51,484 bases of DNA. It comes from Octopus bimaculoides (lineage: Eukaryota). This document shows positions 23,310 through 34,324 of the stretch, piece after piece. The stretch's first letter is position 1; every line of letters starts with the position of its first letter. Made by a program: the position numbers and the translations under genes. Below the pieces are notes generated by a model, which was not told the origin of the DNA, ran no database searches, and worked only from the letters and a program-made list of their open reading frames with translations. The DNA is taken from the NCBI RefSeq assembly GCF_001194135.2, contig NC_068984.1:7992256-8043739 (forward strand). Direction: 5' to 3'.

Positions 23310-23315
23310 ACTCAC
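23310..23315 (-). other. 5' splice donor G|GTGAGT, phase 1
   Basis: Minus strand ...AAC GAT G|GTGAGTAA; a consensus donor just after the RSF motif, where vertebrate BMP genes carry a phase-1 intron. Confidence 0.85.
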
Positions 23316-24660
23316 CATCGTTGATGTTACTGAAACTCCGAACGGTATCCGATGCAGGATGCATGTACTGTTTCTGAGTAAACTTTTTGTAAAGTTTTAA
23401 CATATATTCTGGGATAATTCCCTTGGAAGAATTCGTATTTTCGTCGACGGTTTTATCCTCACCATCGTCGTCGTCATCATCATCATCATCGTCATTATCG
23501 ATGCTTTCCTCACTGCTGTTTTCCGATTCTTCCATGGAAGTCTCCACGGATGTATTTAAAACAGTTTGCTGTTCATTCTCGTGATCTGTTTCCTTCATGG
23601 ATGTATCACCGTTGGCAGAAATTGTGTTAACTTCGTTGCTCTCTTGATTTCCTTTGTGTGTCAGTTCATCTCCAACACTTCTGGTATGCAGTTTTGAGGG
23701 GTTTTCATCCGTAAAAGCTCCATTGTCCACTGTATAGTCTTCAGTCGATTGGTCGCTATCACTGGGCCCCTTGTCGATGTTGTACTCTTTAATAGACTCA
23801 TTCATGGTGACGTCAGACACGCCGACAGATTCCACTGCATTCTGGCTTTTATTTTCTGATATTTCTATAAGGGGACTCAGTGATTTTGCATGTGCAAACG
23901 AATATAAGCAATAGGGACCAGGTTGAAGAAGTGACATTAAAATAAACGTGAAGAAACACGGTTTGAACCGTATTGAAATAAACCTGAAGATACGATGTAA
24001 CAATAATAGAGTATTATTGATATATGCTAGAGTTCGGTGAAAACTATAGATATATCCTACATTGTGGAGACAAAACTTTGAGGTATTTTTATCATCATAA
24101 TTTCGGATTTTGCTATCAAACAATCCACAATTCTCTTTGAAACGTGTTTTCCGATAGGCTTCCAATGAAGAATAAGGTTTGCAATGAGAATCGCTTTCAA
24201 AACTGTTGTAATGATATCCATGTCCTGTCTGTGAATTATTTTCATTTTCAATTTGTTGTTTTCTTAAATTCTGTTCATTTGTAGAAAGTTGGTTCTCGAT
24301 CAGGTTATATTCCTTGCGTCGGACTTCGTCTTCTTTGCTGCTTTCAACATAGTCCCTCCCCAGAAATAAATTTGTCGATTCCATCTTGTAGTCTTGTTGT
24401 GCTTGGTTAATATTATGCAGAATTTGCCGACGATTCTTTGATAATTTCTGCTGCTCTATAGTATAATTCGATGTTTTTTCTTCGTATATATCACTTGTCC
24501 AGTTGTTAAACAAATTGTCACAGGAGCAAATGGCTGGTTTGTTTAGATGGGATGATGTCAGTGCGTGCCGAATAGTTGTGTTACTATAAGTTAGCTTACT
24601 ACAGCAACTGGACTGAAGTGATTTTGACCCGTTGACTGTCTGAATGAATGACCGAGTCAT
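23316..24660 (-). CDS. First coding exon (448 codons + 1 nt) of a TGF-beta/BMP precursor, best match BMP9/10 (GDF2/BMP10)-like
   Basis: Long ORF in AT-rich DNA ending IIPEYMLKLYKKFTQKQYMHPASDTVRSFS. This matches the prodomain motif as recalled for BMP10 ([28 protein letters not shown]) and GDF2 ([29 protein letters not shown]), with the same 16-residue LY-to-RSF spacing. Hydrophobic segment at about aa 217-258 ending AHA; in-frame TGA upstream at 24693-24691. Family call is strong; subfamily about 0.6; mature domain not in view. Confidence 0.88.
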
Positions 24661-24747
24661 TCTTTTGATAAGAAAATGACGACTATTACATCAAGAAGTG
24701 GCTGTAACTAAGATGCCTATCCCACGTGTTAAGACCAACTACTGCTA

Positions 24748-24764
24748 CTGATAAAAACAAAAAC
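24748..24764 (-). promoter_or_regulatory. Candidate 3' splice acceptor upstream of the ATG
   Basis: Minus strand TTTTTGTTTTTATCAG followed by TAGCAGTAG (NAG repeats). Would imply an upstream non-coding exon; no transcript evidence. Confidence 0.35.
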
Positions 24765-24802
24765 TAACAGTCGCACACTACTAAAGTAATTGCTTTCTTT
24801 TC

Positions 24803-24868
24803 CTTCTTCTTCTTCTTCTTCTTCTTCTTCTTCTTCTTCTTCTTCTTCTTCTTCTTCTTCTTCTTCTT

Positions 24869-24899
<31 letters not shown>

Positions 24900-24949
24900 T
24901 TCTTCTTCTTCTTCTTCTTCTTCTTCTTCTTCTTCTTCTTCTTCTTCTT

Positions 24950-24980
<31 letters not shown>

Positions 24981-25023
24981 TTCTTCTTCTTCTTCTTCTT
25001 CTTCTTCTTCTTCTTCTTCTTCT
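24803..25023. repeat. (TTC/GAA)n tract, about 73 units with two TAT interruptions
   Basis: Read directly; about 140 nt upstream of the BMP-like ATG. Confidence 0.97.
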
Positions 25024-25379
25024 ATCTTTATTGCTTTCTTTCCCTTGTCTTCTTTTTAACTTCGTTGTTATCTTTTATTTATTTATTTTTTTCTTTATTT
25101 CGCTGGTAGCGAGAAGTGCAAAAGGTTACTGTAACAGTAGAATCATTTAATGGTAACAATGAGACATGACAGGACTAATTCACTTACATACTATATATAT
25201 ATTGTGTGTGTGTGTGTATTAATGCAAAAAGATATCTCAAAATAGATGTTCCTATACATTTCTTAAGATTTCATATGATTATAAATATTCCGACACAACG
25301 CGTGTATATTATTAAACGATTATATTTAAGAATAGAATAATGTTGTTGATAAAATTCAGCTCTTCATATTAATAAAAAA

Positions 25380-25690
25380 ACATATATCTATAAAGTATGT
25401 ATTCATTTATTGCTATATATTTAATTATAACGCATGTAATATTCATTTAAAACTTTGTATTTAATTATAAAATATTTTTTATTCTACTTATTTATTTGAT
25501 TATAAAATATATATTCATAAAGTACATGTTTATTTAATTAGTATATTTCTATTTAATTACAAGTATATATTCTTAAAGCATATACATACGTACATATATA
25601 TANNNNNNNNNNNNNNNNNNNNNATATATATGTCTATTTAATTACAAAGTATATCTTCTTTAAGCATATATGCATATATATATTTCAATG
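25380..25690. repeat. Degenerate AT-rich tandem repeat (tatttaattata/aca core)
   Basis: Core recurs at about 25421, 25460, 25530, 25550 and 25636. Confidence 0.55.
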
Positions 25691-27499
25691 AATATGTGAA
25701 AAAGCTGCGGTTGGTAACGATAAAATATCTGTTCCTATTCATACATACGCACGTGTGTATATTTGTTCGTATGCACACCCGTTGTTTTATCTATGTATAT
25801 ATTGAGTGTTAATAAGTGTGAATGTATATACGGGTATTTGTGTGTGTGTTTATGCTTGAGATTAATTTTATCTGAAATAGTAGCGAATTCAGAGAGTTCA
25901 TGTATTTAAAATTAATTGAATCTTCTTGTCATAAAAACAAAGCGAAATAGAAACCTCGATTGTGCTTTGAAGTACTTTATGTTCGTTGAATTACAATCGT
26001 ATAAAGTATTCCAAATTATGTACTTGAATGTGGGGGAATATGTGTGTATATATGCATGTATGCATGTGTGTGTGTGTGTGTGTGTGTGCGTATTTATGAT
26101 CGTCTCAAAGAAAAAAAATTGCTATTTGTCAAACGGAACTTAAACAACGAACTACTTCCACGAATTTTTTAACTCCGTGTTTGTTGCATTATGTTTTCCA
26201 CGAAACATATGATTTCCTGCTTGTAACATTATATTTTCAACTATCAAACATGATTCGTGAAATATCGCTAGCCGGTGGCTTCTATATGACAGATGTGTGT
26301 GTATATATAGGCACACAGGCAGCTATATAAACATAAGTATGTGTGTACGAATATGTCTTTGTATGTGAATGTGTCAGATAAGCATTTATCCGGTGCATAT
26401 ATTTCAAAATATCAAAATATCCCGCCAATATTACGAACGTGAAGATTAGTTTTATAATATTTCTACAAATTTTGTTTCCAGTGCCACGTCATATTTTCCT
26501 TTCCAAGCCAAGAAAATAGACCTTGTCGATGATTTCAAGTCTACGCCAGGAATCCCCTTGCACTATGCATTCCGTCTCCCGTTTATGATATCAACAGAAC
26601 ATTTCGTTGTATTTATATACCCCTGTGGACATTATTATGCTTTTCTGCCTTTAACCGAAGATTTTTGATATCGGGATTACATTAAACCCTCAAATTCCTA
26701 GGATATTCTCAATGTTTTTGGCTCTTATCACAAGAGATCTTGATAATATAAGAAATTCGACGAAGTTTTCACCAGATGGCTTGTTTCGGAATTCAGTGAT
26801 TCTATTTGTTAGTCATCTAAGAGGGTGTCAAAAGACGTAAACCCGGATATACACAAATAACACCGTACACTGCACCACTTTAGATTTACCTTCTCTAGAA
26901 CATTACAAATAATATTTTAACACTTGATTGCATGCATGCGGGTATGCGTGTGTATGTATGTGTGTATGTATGTATGTATGTATGTATGTATGTATGTATG
27001 TATGTATATATATATATATATATATNNNNNNNNNNNNNNNNNNNNNNNNNNNNNNNNNNNNNNNNNNNNNNNNNNNNNNNNNNNNNNNNNNNNNNNNNNN
27101 NNNNNNNNNNNNNNNNNNNNNNNNNNNNNNNNNNNNNNNNNNNNNNNNNNNNNNNNNNNNNNNNNNNNNNNNNNNNNNNNNNNNNNNNNNNNNNNNNNNN
27201 NNNNNNNNNNNNNNNNNNNNNNNNNNNNNNNNNNNNNNNNNNNNNNNNNNNNNNNNNNNNNNNNNNNNNNNNNNNNNNNNNNNNNNNNNNNNNNNNNNNN
27301 NNNNNNNNNNNNNNNNNNNNNNNNNNNNNNNNNNNNNNNNNNNNNNNNNNNNNNNNNNNNNNNNNNNNNNNNNNNNNNNNNNNNNNNNNNNNNNNNNNNN
27401 NNNNNNNNNNNNNNNNNNNNNNNNNNNNNNNNNNNNNNNNNNNNNNNNNNNNNNNNNNNNNNNNNNNNNNNNNNNNNNNNNNNNNNNNNNNNNNNNNNN

Positions 27500-29151
27500 A
27501 TACTATTCTGCTGTAGGCCCTGATAGATTCCCAGCAAGTCTCCTGAAGGAATGTAGGCACCAACTTGCAGTCCCTCTGACCAAACTCTGGAGAAATTCTT
27601 TAGACTCAGGTTATATACCGAAACAGCTCCTATCCCAGTCCGTCATCCCGGTTTTCAAACAGGGAAATAGATCCCTCGCAGTCAACTATCACCCAATCTC
27701 ACTCACTTCCCACATCATTAAAGTGTTTTAAAGGGTGGTAAGATCAAGGATAGCTGACTTCCTGGAGACCCCAAAACTCCTAAATGCAAACCAGCATGGC
27801 TTTCGCTGTGGCAGGGACTGTCTAACACAGCTCTTACACCACATTGAAGATAAATCTAAAGCCTTGGGAACAGGTTCGAACGCTGATGTCATATATCTTG
27901 ACTTCAGTAAAGCGTTCGACAGGGTTGACCATAATATCTTACTCACAAAATTGGCAAATGTTGGAATCCGTGGAAAACTTCTACACTGGATTAAGTATTT
28001 CCTGGAGAATAGAACACAAGAAGTTGTGGTCGATGGAGTCTACTCAAGCCGAGCAAAAGTTACCAGTGCTGTCCCCTAGGGGACTGTCTTAGGCACGCTC
28101 CTCTTTATAATTTATATAAATGACCTTTCCAGCGTCATAAATCACTGCAAAGTGAAAATATTTGCTGATGACACTAAACTCCAGCAAATCATCAAAGAAG
28201 AAGAAGACCGAATCCAACTCCAGACTAATCTATATGCTGTGAGTCAATGGGCAGATAAAAACAAAATGAAACTGAACGAGCGAAAATTTTGGAAGAAAAT
28301 TTTGGAAGAAAGTCCACACTAAAACTGCCATACTCCCTTCCTTCAGCGGAACCGCTCACGGCATCCAACAATATCAGAGATCTGGCTGTAATTGTTGACA
28401 ACAATCTCAATTGGAGTGCCCACATCAACAACAAGGTCAATATAGCTCGTAGGATGAGCTCCAAGATCTTAAGAACCTTCCGGTCCAGAGAACAAAGTGT
28501 CATCATTCCACTTTTCTCCTCCTTTGTACGGCCACACCTCGAATACTGCTGCCCCTTGTGGTCTCTCCATACAAAACAAAACATCTCGAGGATTGAATCG
28601 CTCCAGAGGGAACTCACCAAACGAATTGAAGGCATGACAGATCTTGATTACTTGGACCGCCTTAAAGCCTTGAAGCTCTATTCTCTCCAGCGCCGCCGCG
28701 AGCGGTACATCATTTCTACGATGCGGAAAATATACCGCCAATATTGCCCAAACGACCCGAACAATAGTTTCAAGGTTCATCCAAGGCTGAGACCACGAGA
28801 CATACGTCCCCTGCCCAATTCAGGTTCACAACATATAGGTACACTGCGACATAATTTCTTTTCCTCAACAGGCCCTGCCCCGTTTAACATTGACCCGAAA
28901 CAGATAAAAGAGGAAAAGGATCCTATCAGCTTCAAACGGAGTCTAGACAGATTCCTTCAAAGAACACCAGACAAGCCACCCATACCTGGATACAACTCAC
29001 TCAATAAGAACTCACTACTTGAATGGACCAGAGACCAAACTTGACTGTAAAAAGGATTTAGATAATCCTATCAGGTGGTGCTATCAAGTTAGGCATGGCC
29101 TGGACCAATCTGTGGTCGAAACCTATGTAAGTTTATCTAAGTCTAAGTTTA
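27500..29151 (+). mobile_element. CR1-clade LINE, ORF2 reverse-transcriptase half plus 3' UTR, inactivated
   Basis: GPD..P..LLKEC...L.VPL, NY.PISLTS, NQHGFR.GR.C.TQL, DVIYLDFSKAFD.VDH, VP*GTVLG, YINDL, FADD (28161-28172), RPHLEYC..LWS, LYSLQRRRERY. Stops at 27729-27731 and 28077-28079, frameshift near 28285, (TCTAAGTTTA)-type tandem 3' tail. The 5' end lies in a gap. Confidence 0.93.
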
Positions 29152-29424
29152 TATACACACACATACGTTTGTATATATGTACATAAGTACATATATATGT
29201 ATGTATATATGTACACACGCACTCATATATATACATATATATATATATGTATAGATATATGGATGTGTAAGTGTGTGTGTCGAGTGTGTCGTGTGTGTGT
29301 GATGGGCGTGCGTGCGAGTGAGTGAGTGTTTATGTATATATACATGGAAGTCGGTGATGCTGGCTGAATCGTTGGCTCGTTGCACAAGGTGATTAATAGC
29401 ATCTCTTTCTCCTCTTTACTGTGT

Positions 29425-29530
29425 TCAAAACCCACCGAGGTAAATTTTGCCTTTCATCTCTTCGGAGGCGATAAATAACTTACCTGTGAGGAACTGGGGT
29501 CGTATTGACCCCTTTCCTCAAACTTGCTGC
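29425..29530 (+). mobile_element. SINE family B fragment
   Basis: ccgaggtaaattttgcctttcatc..ttcgg.ggcgataaataa. Confidence 0.65.
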
Positions 29531-29624
29531 CTTATGAATCTCAGGATTAAAAAAAAATGACAGCCACACACATATATTAATATACTTATCTATCTATACA
29601 GAGGTAGTGATACCGATAAACATA

Positions 29625-29955
29625 GGCTTGGTAAGAAGCTTGCTTCCCAACCACATGGCTCCAGGTTCAGTCCCACTGCGTGGCATCTTGGGCAAGTGCC
29701 TTCTACTATAGCCTCGGGTCGACCAAATCCTTGTGGGTGAATTTGGTAGACGGAAACCGAAAGAGGCCTGTCATATATATATATATGTATATATATATGT
29801 GTGTGTGTTTGTCATCTGTGTCTGTGTTTGTCCCCCCACTATCACTTGACAACCGATGTTGCTGTGTTTATGTCCCTGCGGTTCGGCAAAAGACACCGAT
29901 AGGATAAGTACTAGGCTTATAAAGAATAAGTCCTGGGGTCGATTTGTTCGACTAA
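29625..29955 (+). mobile_element. SINE family A, truncated in the tail by a family B fragment
   Basis: Head to gtcgatttgttcgactaaa, then a family B 3' half (29957-30070). Confidence 0.88.
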
Positions 29956-30650
29956 ACGGGTCGAAATTTCGGGGGTGATAAATTAAGCACCAGTTGCATA
30001 CTAAGTTCGATCCAAGCGACTGGTCCTTTCCCCAAAAATTTCGGGCCTTGTGTGCCTAGAGTAGAAAAGAATATTCAATTTCATTTACTCATTCCAATTA
30101 TGAATGTTTCATAACTGAATACTGAGGTCTTTTATACTCTTTCTTCTATCTTTTCTTTAAAAAAAAAAACAAGAAGAAATGCTTCTCGCAGCATTCACTA
30201 TATTCCTCTCGTTCTGGTCTAACGATCCTCCATGTTTTCTTTCGTTCGGTTTCCTTGTATGTCTCGACTGTCATGTTTTTGTTCCGAACTTTCACGCTCC
30301 ATTAATCCTAAACTGTACTTTACAATTTATGGGAGCAGCTGTCTTTGAAGTGTCATATCGACGTTGAATGCTCGAAATGAAGAGCAGATAAATAGCCAAC
30401 AACTGATGAATGTTCCTTTCTCTGAGTTTCTTTGACCTGTTTTCCATTTCTTCTCGTTGTCTACGTATTTAACTCATTTGTTTACATATTTCATGTTATT
30501 TGCATTGTTTGTGACCTCCTGTACCCACCCATACATGCATACACACACACACAAACACACACACACATATATATATATATTTTTTTTTTACTCGGCTAAA
30601 GGCGTTGTTCCAGCATGGCCACAGCCAAATAACTGAAGCGTGTAAAAGAG

Positions 30651-30683
<33 letters not shown>

Positions 30684-30858
30684 NNNNNNNNNNNNNNNNN
30701 NNNNNNNNNNNNNNNNNNNNNNNNNNNNNNNNNNNNNNNNNNNNNNNNNNNNNNNNNNNNNNNNNNNNNNNNNNNNNNNNNNNNNNNNNNNNNNNNNNNN
30801 NNNNNNNNNNNNNNNNNNNNNNNNNNNNNNNNNNNNNNNNNNNNNNNNNNNNNNNNNN

Positions 30859-30928
<70 letters not shown>

Positions 30929-31506
30929 AAGCGAAAATAGAGTACAATAGATGTTACGTTCAACTTGACAGTCTTTTGAGTCTGTCTAAAGATGTAAGCA
31001 TTATATCTGTTTACAAATACACACACTTTCATAAATACACACACATTCATAAATAAATACACCCACATTCATATAGATAACGCCATATGCATATATACAT
31101 ACATACGCAACCAATTCATGCCCCCCTCTTAAGTATATCCTTTTAGATGTCTTATAGCAATTTTTCTGACACAGCCGCGTTACTCATCCATTTACGTATT
31201 ATACATCACTAATTTACAAGCTGCCTGTTGCTTGTCAAAACATTGTGTTCAAGCTTTACATCTCAGTGTTACTGTTTTACTGTTAACGGTCATTAATGAC
31301 TCCTACTGTACTGGTCGGCCATCTTAGCAATAAAGAGGCTATTATGAAGGGTTGTTAACATCTGTTTCCTCAGGACTCACTTAGTCATTCATTTCTACTA
31401 AATGTTATTTCAGGGGATGCTCAATATTGTCCTAAAAAACATAAAGGATACTTATATTGCATTCCTGTATATTCACTACTTTGTGTGAATTTTAAAAACA
31501 AATTAA

Positions 31507-31722
31507 TATATTCTTTTCTACTCTAGGCACAAGGCCCGAAATTTTGGGGAGGAGGCCAGTCGATTAGATGGAACCAGTACACAACTGGTACTAAATTATC
31601 GACACCCGAAAGGATGAAAGGCAGAGTCGACCTCGGTGGAGTCTGAACTCAGAACGTAAAGACAGACGAAATACCGCTAAGCCTTTCAACCGGCGTGCTA
31701 ACGGTTCTGCCAGCTCGCAGAC
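31507..31722 (-). mobile_element. SINE family B with ...gcctagagtagaaaagaata tail
   Basis: Core gtcgacctcggtgga.tctgaactcagaacgta; tail shared with 30040-30073. Confidence 0.88.
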
Positions 31723-31827
31723 TTAACAGATCAATATATTGTCAGAGAAAGAGGGGTTATGCCTCTTACTTTCATAAGCCTTCACAATCAATAACCTTAA
31801 GGTTTGTTTTATCTTTTATCTTGTATC

Positions 31828-32268
31828 CTTTATTTGTTTCAATCATTGGACTGCGGCCATGCTGGGGCAGTCTTTAAGGGTTTCGGGCCATGTGCCTATT
31901 AGTTTGGAGTCTGATATTGTTGGGACTCGATTTTGCTGAACGGCTAAGTTAGGGCGTGTAAACAAAGCCATGCTAATTGTCAGAAATGTGACGAGGTAGG
32001 GGACAAACAAAAAGACATACACACATACATATACAAACACACATACATACACACACTCACATTCACACGCGCTCAGTCAGGCACACAAACATATATAAAC
32101 GTACACACGGCTGGCTTCCTTACAGTTTCCGACTTTCAAATTCACTCACAAGCATTGGCTAGCATGAGATGATAGTAGAAAGCACTTGCCCACGATGCCG
32201 CACAGTGGGACCGAACCCTGGAACACGTGGGTGTGACGCAAACATTTTACCAAATAGCCACGCCTGCA
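31828..32268 (-). mobile_element. SINE family A, degenerate full length
   Basis: Colinear with other family A copies. Confidence 0.8.
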
Positions 32269-32308
32269 CGTTGTCCTGGATCATTCACCTTACCCAACAC
32301 TTACATAT

Positions 32309-32424
32309 ATGGACCATAAACAAGACTTGACTTTAAAAGGATTTAGATAATCCTATCAGGTGGTGCTATTATGTTAGACATGGCCTGGACCAATCTTTGG
32401 TCGAAACATATCTAAGTTTATCTA

Positions 32425-32430
<6 letters not shown>
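32309..32430 (+). mobile_element. Severely 5'-truncated CR1 copy (3' end only)
   Basis: Near-identical to 29023-29151, including aaggatttagataatcctatcaggtggtgcta and a (TCTAAGTTTA)x2 tail. Confidence 0.9.
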
Positions 32431-32476
<46 letters not shown>

Positions 32477-32486
32477 TGTATGTATG

Positions 32487-32560
<74 letters not shown>

Positions 32561-33001
32561 ATATGTATGTATGTATGTATATATATGTATGTGTGTCTAA
32601 GTATGTGTTTGTGCACGTGCGTTGGATACTTTGGAAGTTACATACAAATACGTATAAAAAGATATCATGATTTTTGGGGAATATAAACGGAATATTTCTC
32701 AATGTTATTCAAGATTCTGTGTTGCTTCTTCAAAAATAAAGAAATCCAAATGCCAATGCCACAAGGTTCGCTACTTCCAAAGCTTAGTAACTTCTTGGCA
32801 GGAAACTGTTGACTTACCCGTTAAAAGATAACAATTCCATTCTTAATTCCATCACGTTTTCTGAAGTTACAGATCATTTGCGCGTATTTTCTTTTCCTAT
32901 TTGACGTTTACTAAATTCTGTTGGAAAAGGCGATAGGGCATGCAGAATTTGTATGTTCCCCCTTCCTACGCATATATATATACATGCACAGACACACACG
33001 T

Positions 33002-33050
<49 letters not shown>

Positions 33051-33360
33051 TATGTGTGTTTGTTTGTGTGTGTACATATATAATGTAAATCCTGCACAAG
33101 ATTACTGTTTATCATGGTTTTCTTGGAGCAAATTGTCAGAATCGGGCCTGCCTGTATGTGTGTGTGTGTGTGTGTGTGTGCGTGAGTGTGCGTGCGCGTA
33201 TGCATCTGTACACATATTAATGAATACGTACATCATTCTGTCACGCTTTATCGTAATATTCATCAATTAAAAATTCAATTCACTAAGTCTATGTGACTGG
33301 CTGAAAGTTTGTACCACGTGATTCCATATATAAAAAATACATACGTCGTAAAAATCAATA

Positions 33361-33600
33361 TACAGGGTGGCCCGAGAAGTAGGTTTACAGATATTCAACT
33401 TTCTCTTTCGCATTCATATATTAACAGTTTAGATTTAATTATCAAAAAATATATGAAACCATTATTCTATGCTAATTTAGTTAATTTTATCAAGCCCCCT
33501 TTTCAGTTTGTAAGATAGAAATTTAAATGTAATAAAATGTTTTAAAAGAAATTTAGTGCCTACGTGATAGCTGGGAACCTGCTTTTGGGCCACACTGTAT
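33361..33600. mobile_element. Tc1/mariner-type MITE with TA target duplication
   Basis: TA-CAGGGTGGCCCGAGAAGTAGGTT ... AACCTGCTTTTGGGCCACACTG-TA; about 22-bp imperfect TIRs. Confidence 0.85.
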
Positions 33601-33628
33601 ATGAATGTTATGCGTATGTGTATAAATA

Positions 33629-33673
<45 letters not shown>

Positions 33674-33935
33674 ATATGTGAATGCATGTCGGTATTAGTG
33701 GAGACGTGCCTTTCATTCTTGTAGGGGGGGGGCGCGATAAANNNNNNNNNNGTGTGTGTGTGTGTGTATGTATATGTGAATGCATGTCGGTATTAGTGGA
33801 GACGTGCCTTTCATTCTTGTAGGGGGGGGGGGCGCGATAAAATAAGTACCAGTTGAACACTGGGGGCGATGTTATCGATATACCCCGCCCCGCCGAAGTT
33901 TATGGTCTTGTACCAACATTTGTAACCGATATTAC

Positions 33936-34240
33936 TGGAGGCTTGTGGCTTGGTGGTTAGGTTGCTGGATTCACGACCGTAAGATTGTAGTTTCGATTCC
34001 TGGACCGGGCGACACGTTGTGTTCTTGAGCAAAACACCTCACTTCACGTTGCTCCAGTCCACTCAGCTGTAGAAATTAGTAGAGCCTGGAGTGGGATGGG
34101 TTGCGATAGGCTTTCACACCCTTGATACGCTGCATGGTTGCATAGCTGCAGCCCCCCCCCCCNNNNNNNNNNNNNNNNNNNNNNNNNNNNNNNCCCCCCA
34201 ACGGCCCCCAAGGAGTTGACAAACTTGTCAACTGTCATGC
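33936..34240 (+). mobile_element. SINE family D
   Basis: ggaggcttgtggcttggtggttagg...gtttcgattcctggaccgggcgac.cgttgtgttcttgagcaaaacacc..acttcacgttgctccagtccactcagctg. Confidence 0.8.
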
Positions 34241-34324
34241 CGATATTGCATATCTAATTTAAGTGAAAGGACACCAATCCCGATAGGAAGGAGTGTGTTG
34301 AAATCATCAATTACAGCACAGTAC

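Noticed and set aside
23675-23695. KLHTRS as a furin site in the prodomain
   Set aside because: It does not fit R-X-X-R; the true site is expected in the missing exon.
24057-24251. Alternative-frame 64-aa ORF overlapping the BMP exon
   Set aside because: Short with no motif; expected by chance.
24790-25059. Poly-Ser ORF, and the many poly-YI/CV/HT/LS/II or X-filled ORFs in the track
   Set aside because: These are translations of microsatellites or N gaps.
34214-34233. 9-bp inverted repeat AGTTGACAA-AC-TTGTCAACT
   Set aside because: A single instance at a SINE end next to a gap; no second copy to test.
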